Of a DNA stretch of 32,000 bases, positions 31,784 to 32,000 are shown in pieces (position 1 is the first letter of the stretch; the number at the start of each line of letters is the position of its first letter). Below the pieces are notes generated by a model, which had not been told where the DNA came from, made no database searches, and was given only the letters and a program-made list of their open reading frames with translations. The position numbers and the translations under genes are program-made. The stretch lies in the NCBI RefSeq assembly GCF_000025665.1, contig NC_013926.1, positions 120,001-152,000 of the forward strand, read 5' to 3'. The DNA comes from Aciduliprofundum boonei T469 (lineage in GTDB: Archaea; Thermoplasmatota; Thermoplasmata; Thermoplasmatales; Aciduliprofundaceae).

Positions 31784-31933
31784 CTTTCATCACCTCGGGT
31801 CTCTCTTTTTATTCATGAGCCCTTTTCTTTGGGCTCCAAAATGAAATATGGTAAGGGGTTTAAAAATATTTAGTTACAATTCTATAAAAATGATTAAAAT
31901 TTTTAATTCTCACTCAAGAAAATCATGGCAGGA

Positions 31934-32000
31934 TCATTCTCTAAACTTTATGAAGTAAACAATCACACCCACAATAACTGCAGCCGCTATGATCACATAA
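31934..32000 (-). CDS. Possible 3' end of a gene running off the right edge; encodes a C-terminal TM helix
   Basis: My reverse-complement reading gives ...YVIIAAAVIVGVIVYFIKFRE-stop (stop at 31936-31934). Only 22 codons are visible. A + strand reading from the ATG at 31925 is an alternative. Confidence 0.3.
   Translation of the reverse strand, partial: YVIIAAAVIVGVIVYFIKFRE

Noticed and set aside
31925-32000. Plus-strand reading MAGSFSKLYEVNNHTHNNCSRYDHI starting at 31925
   Set aside because: The opposite-strand reading gives a clean TM helix ending in a stop. That looks more protein-like, but only about 22 codons are visible, so neither reading is secure.

Overview
Archaeal chromosome segment. 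Evidence: an archaellin with a class III signal peptide, a FlaC-FlaD/E protein, a 20S proteasome beta subunit, Nob1, an 'archaeal ATPase'+DUF234 protein, and TATA-like boxes about 25 nt upstream of many start codons. The DNA is AT-rich by eye and the proteins are K/E/I-rich, so I guess a thermophilic euryarchaeon, possibly Thermoplasmata/DHVE2 (Aciduliprofundum-like). I cannot verify that here.

Layout:
- 1-6.4 kb is housekeeping: psmB (partial), a DtxR-like repressor + ABC ATPase + ABC-3 permease operon with a perfect palindromic operator, an anchored PLD-superfamily enzyme, leuCD-type dehydratase subunits and nob1.
- 6.5-12.8 kb is accessory: a nucleotidyltransferase-domain protein, an 830-aa membrane protein (TSP3 repeats, AT-rich Asn-rich body, putative transglutaminase-like C-terminus), an orphan ATPase/DUF234, about 720 bp of decayed-looking non-coding DNA with an RHH pseudogene, and tRNA-Leu(UAG).
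- 12.8-31.8 kb is a cell-envelope island. It holds a 1628-aa membrane-anchored papain-like protease fused to a NosD/CASH beta-helix and four FN3 domains (perfect 270-bp repeats). Next come a wHTH/coiled-coil/FN3 protein with no signal peptide and a translationally coupled pair of membrane proteins with paralogous C-terminal zinc ribbons (one transglutaminase-like). Then follow a 937-bp IS4/IS5-type IS with a target duplication, a GT-C-like membrane glycosyltransferase, a 1362-aa PKD-repeat protein on a repeat stalk (perfect 84-bp x3), a membrane protein + small wHTH pair, and flaB plus flaC/D/E without the motor genes.

No CRISPR array, rRNA or recognisable canonical defence system was seen. 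The best candidates for something undescribed are the zinc-ribbon-tailed membrane pair, the wHTH-FN3 gene divergent from the giant protease, and the two repeat-bearing giant surface proteins. All functional calls rest on motifs I read by eye; no database search was possible.
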